Assembly: GCA_041398985.1 (NCBI GenBank)
Contig: JAWKTR010000016.1
Span: 32,984-96,983, forward strand
Source of the DNA: Pirellulaceae bacterium
GTDB lineage: Bacteria > Planctomycetota > Planctomycetia > Pirellulales > Pirellulaceae
DNA length: 64,000 nt
Reading direction: 5' to 3'
Shown here: piece by piece, positions 60,641 to 64,000 of the stretch
Layout of the letters: the number at the start of each line of letters is the position of its first letter
Position numbering within the stretch: position 1 is the first letter of the stretch
Made by a program: the position numbers and the translations under genes
The notes under the pieces: generated by a model
The model's input: only the letters and a program-made list of their open reading frames with translations
Told to the model about the DNA's origin: nothing
Databases searched by the model: none

Positions 60641-63600
60641 CTATGTGCTGGTCACAAGCTTTTCGCCAGGCAGTGTGGTGGGCTGTACGACCGAGTGGGC
60701 TTCGACACTGGTTTGGCCAGGATCGAATCCAAGAGCCCGACTAAAGATCAAGTATATTCGAAAGAAAACTGGCACTTGAAACAAGACTAGAACAGTGGAT
60801 AGCATTAGGCCAAATGCGATGCTGGTGGCCATCGGAACCAAGAACTGAGCCTGGAAGGATGTTTCCATCAACATGGGAAAAAGGCCGCCAATTGTAGTCA
60901 AGCTGGTCAGGAACACTGGACGCAGGCGACGTCGGCCGGCTTCGAGCAGCGCTTGCTCCTGATCCATACCCTCGCGCACGCGATGGTTAATGAAGTCGAC
61001 AAGCACAATCGAGTCGTTGACGACCACACCGGTCAGCGCGACGATTCCGAAAAAGCTAAACAGAGTGACTTCGATGCCCATAATGCCGTGTCCCCAAATC
61101 GCACCGATGATGCCAAACGGCACAATGGCCAGGATGAGCAATGGCTGAAAATACGAGCGAAATTCGACAACGAGCAATACGTACATGCCAAGAAAGGCCA
61201 TGGCACACCCCCAGCCTAAACTGGATAGAGATTCCATGGTCTGTTTCTGCTGCCCTTCCCAGTTCACAGTCACCGCAGGATACTTTTCTCTGAATTCGGC
61301 GGAGCCAAATACTCCTTTCAATTCATCAATGATCTGTTGAGCGTTTGCCTCGGTCGTATCCAGATCGGATGTAATCGTGATGGATCGGCGTTGGTCCAAG
61401 CGATTGATTTCTGAGTAGCCTTTGGTTACCGTGATTTCAGCCAATTCGGTAATAGGTCTTTCCACGCCGTCGTTTCCGCGAACGCGAATCTCGGAGAAAC
61501 TGGCTAACGAATTGCGTTCGTCTTGTGGATAGCGAACCATCAGTTTGACTTCGTGGCGTCCGCGTTGTAGCCGCATGACTTCGGCACCGTAGTAAGCAGC
61601 ACGAATTGTTTCAGCGAGATCGGCGTCGCTAACACCCATAGATTGAGCGCGATCTTTGACGCGGATTTGGAATTCCGTCTTTCCCGGCGTCGCATCGTCG
61701 CGAATATCATAGACTCCGCTATAGTTGCCCAGCTTGGCTTTGGCGTCTTCGACCGCAGCCACCAATTGTTCATGGTTTGCCGAAGGAGCTAACATTTTGA
61801 ATTCGATCGGATTACCACCAGGGCCGATCGATGCAGAATCGAAGGTCACACGTTCGGCACCGTTGAATTCGCCAGCAGCCTTTCTCCACAGGGCGATTAA
61901 TTCTGTGCTACTGATCGCGCGCTGACTCGAGTCATGCAACTCCACGAACACTTGGCCCACATGGCTGCCACTGCCATTGCCAGTCGAGCCCATCGCCCCC
62001 TGTGCCGTGACTTCACCAACTTGCCGGAATGTCAACTTGACTGGTCCGCGAGGCGACGTACCAGTGCCTTGCTGAACGGCCAGTGATTCGGCAGTTTCCT
62101 CGTCGCTGCGATTGTCAAAATAGTCCTCACTGACTTTACGAATGGCCTCCGCAAGTCTGGATGTGGCTTCATTAGTGATCTGGACAGGCGTGCCGTCTGG
62201 GAACACGATTTGCGACAAGATTTGATTGCTATCGCTTTTGGGAAAGGGATCGAACGGGATATAACCAGCTCGAACGACGCCAAAAGTGACACAAAGCAGG
62301 AACAATCCGATTCCTGGACCGAGCGCGGGGTATTTCAACAGGAAGCTGAGTGTTGGCAGATAGACTCGATCGCCAAAGCGGTCCATTAGGCCGCCACAAA
62401 AAGCGCTGCCTCGATCAAAGATTGCTATGACTGGATTGAAAACTCTCGACAGCTGCGCGCTGATATGCTGCGGAAGCGTGGTGGGCTTTTCAACGACCCC
62501 GTGCGACAAGTGACAGGGCAACGCCGTAGAGGCTTCGAAGAGTGAAATGATGAGCATGGCAATGATCGCCACAGGCATAACCGCAATGAATTTACCCATC
62601 ACGCCCGATACGAAGAAGAAAGGCAAGAAGGCAATGATGGTCGTACACACGGCTGTGATCACACTGGGCAGCACCTCCACGGTGCCGTCGATCGCGGCAG
62701 TTGCGAATGGCTTCCCCATTTTACGATGCTCAAAGATATTCTCACCGACCACGATTGCATCATCGACGACAATGCCCAGCGCCATCAAGAACGCAAACAT
62801 GCTCAGCATGTTGAGCGTCTGACCTGTGAACAAGAGAATCAACCCGGCCCCCAACACACAGATTGGAATTCCCAGAGAGACCCAGAACGCGAGTCGAAAT
62901 TCCAGAAATAATGCCAGCAGTATAAAAACGAAGGCGAGTCCTTGGATGCCATTGTCGCGGAGCATCCGCATGCGATCCGCCACATCGACACTGGTATCTC
63001 CCCAGACTTGTAGTGTATATCCGGGCGGCAGCTCCGCTTCAGCTGCATACTGGTGGACTTCTTTGGCGATTTGCAACAAGTCTTCTTCGGCTGTCCGATC
63101 AACGCTGATGACCAACGCGGGCATGCCGTTGACTTCGTTAATGACCGACTTGTCTTCGAATTCATCTTGAACCTCACCTAGATCGGAGATGGTTAGGATG
63201 ACCCCGTTGGGTTGGGTGAGCACTGGCAATTGTTTAATCTCTTCGCCAAACTCACGCCGGTTCTTACCGCGCAACAGAATCTCTTGGCCATCGGCCTTGA
63301 GCTGACCGCCAGGCAATTCGATATTTTCGCGACGCAGGATTTGCGCGACGTTGGAAAGAGTGAGTCCATATTTGCGAAGCGTGTCTTCAGAAATTTCGAC
63401 ATCGATTTGAAAGAGCTTGGCCCCCAGGATATTGGCCTGGCTGATTGTCTCTTGTTCTAGGAGCGACTCCCGTACCTGCTCAGCAACTTCGCGCAACTTG
63501 ACTTCCGCGTCTGGTGAGGCCGTTTGGGGACCAATGACCGCCACTCGAATTGCCGCTTCACGAAACGTGATCTGTTCAACTTGCGGATCTTCGGCGAGAT

Positions 63601-63964
63601 CTGGGAAGTTCGTAATGCGCTGCACTCGCGAGCGAATTTCAGTGACGGTTTTTTGAACGTCGTTCACATTGGAATTGAGTTCTACCAGCACATAACCGCC
63701 GCCTTCGCGGGCGATGCTGACTAGTCGTTTGATGCCATCTAATGCGCGTACAGCCTCTTCTACAGGTTGGCAAACTCCCTTTTCCGCATCGGCAGGAGAT
63801 GCTCCAGGGTAGGGCACGGTCACCAGAATGACTTCCAGTTCAAACTCTGGAAATACTTCACGACGAAGCATCATGAAACTAACGAACCCTGCGATCAAGG
63901 TGGCCACAACCATCACGTTGATGGCTGGCGAGTTGTCAACGGCCCAGCGTACTATCGATCTCAT
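60641..63964 (-). CDS. RND efflux permease (AcrB/AcrD/AcrF family)
   Basis: ALGIVVDDAIVVGENI, GVVVNDSIVLVDFIN, RLRPVFLTSLTT. Confidence 0.95.
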   Translation of the reverse strand: MRSIVRWAVDNSPAINVMVVATLIAGFVSFMMLRREVFPEFELEVILVTVPYPGASPADAEKGVCQPVEEAVRALDGIKRLVSIAREGGGYVLVELNSNVNDVQKTVTEIRSRVQRITNFPDLAEDPQVEQITFREAAIRVAVIGPQTASPDAEVKLREVAEQVRESLLEQETISQANILGAKLFQIDVEISEDTLRKYGLTLSNVAQILRRENIELPGGQLKADGQEILLRGKNRREFGEEIKQLPVLTQPNGVILTISDLGEVQDEFEDKSVINEVNGMPALVISVDRTAEEDLLQIAKEVHQYAAEAELPPGYTLQVWGDTSVDVADRMRMLRDNGIQGLAFVFILLALFLEFRLAFWVSLGIPICVLGAGLILLFTGQTLNMLSMFAFLMALGIVVDDAIVVGENIFEHRKMGKPFATAAIDGTVEVLPSVITAVCTTIIAFLPFFFVSGVMGKFIAVMPVAIIAMLIISLFEASTALPCHLSHGVVEKPTTLPQHISAQLSRVFNPVIAIFDRGSAFCGGLMDRFGDRVYLPTLSFLLKYPALGPGIGLFLLCVTFGVVRAGYIPFDPFPKSDSNQILSQIVFPDGTPVQITNEATSRLAEAIRKVSEDYFDNRSDEETAESLAVQQGTGTSPRGPVKLTFRQVGEVTAQGAMGSTGNGSGSHVGQVFVELHDSSQRAISSTELIALWRKAAGEFNGAERVTFDSASIGPGGNPIEFKMLAPSANHEQLVAAVEDAKAKLGNYSGVYDIRDDATPGKTEFQIRVKDRAQSMGVSDADLAETIRAAYYGAEVMRLQRGRHEVKLMVRYPQDERNSLASFSEIRVRGNDGVERPITELAEITVTKGYSEINRLDQRRSITITSDLDTTEANAQQIIDELKGVFGSAEFREKYPAVTVNWEGQQKQTMESLSSLGWGCAMAFLGMYVLLVVEFRSYFQPLLILAIVPFGIIGAIWGHGIMGIEVTLFSFFGIVALTGVVVNDSIVLVDFINHRVREGMDQEQALLEAGRRRLRPVFLTSLTTIGGLFPMLMETSFQAQFLVPMATSIAFGLMLSTVLVLFQVPVFFRIYLIFSRALGFDPGQTSVEAHSVVQPTTLPGEKLVTST

Positions 63965-64000
63965 GCGAAATTCCTAAGTCGGTCAGCCTAGGCTCTGTTT

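Overview
Bacterial chromosomal segment, almost certainly Planctomycetota (Pirellulaceae-like). The assignment rests on DUF1559 prepilins, a DUF1549/DUF1553 + DUF1501 pair, DUF1598, a TIGR03009-type protein, a TPR/RNAP-alpha-CTD protein and planctomycete-style REP repeats. Domain names are assigned from motif recognition, not database searches. The sequence carries many single-base indels, mostly in homopolymers, concentrated at about 13.4-15.3, 20.1-25.4, 28.9 and 37.2 kb. Split genes (groEL, FKBP, glgC, DUF1553, two DUF1559) are therefore most likely long-read errors rather than pseudogenes. Most interesting: (1) a divergent locus at 1-5033, DUF4331-TPR-CSLREA surface protein <- -> DUF4864-ECF sigma-RskA-like anti-sigma, with a CATCC-N17-CGTA promoter motif facing each operon, suggesting a self-contained autoregulated ECF regulon of unknown function; (2) a consensus sigma54 promoter with upstream 13-bp direct repeats ahead of groES-groEL; (3) three tandem, near-identical DUF1559 pilin-like paralogs, each with its own terminator; (4) an about 170-bp nested-inverted-repeat MITE-like family in 5 copies, one with a target-like duplication; (5) several GTAG-type REP families, two overlapping a gene's TAG stop codon. 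The rest is largely housekeeping: tgt, queA, iscS, glgC, argE-like, ubiD, desaturase, tRNA-Thr, MoxR cluster, PPase/NRAMP, phoD, beta-CASP nuclease and an RND permease.
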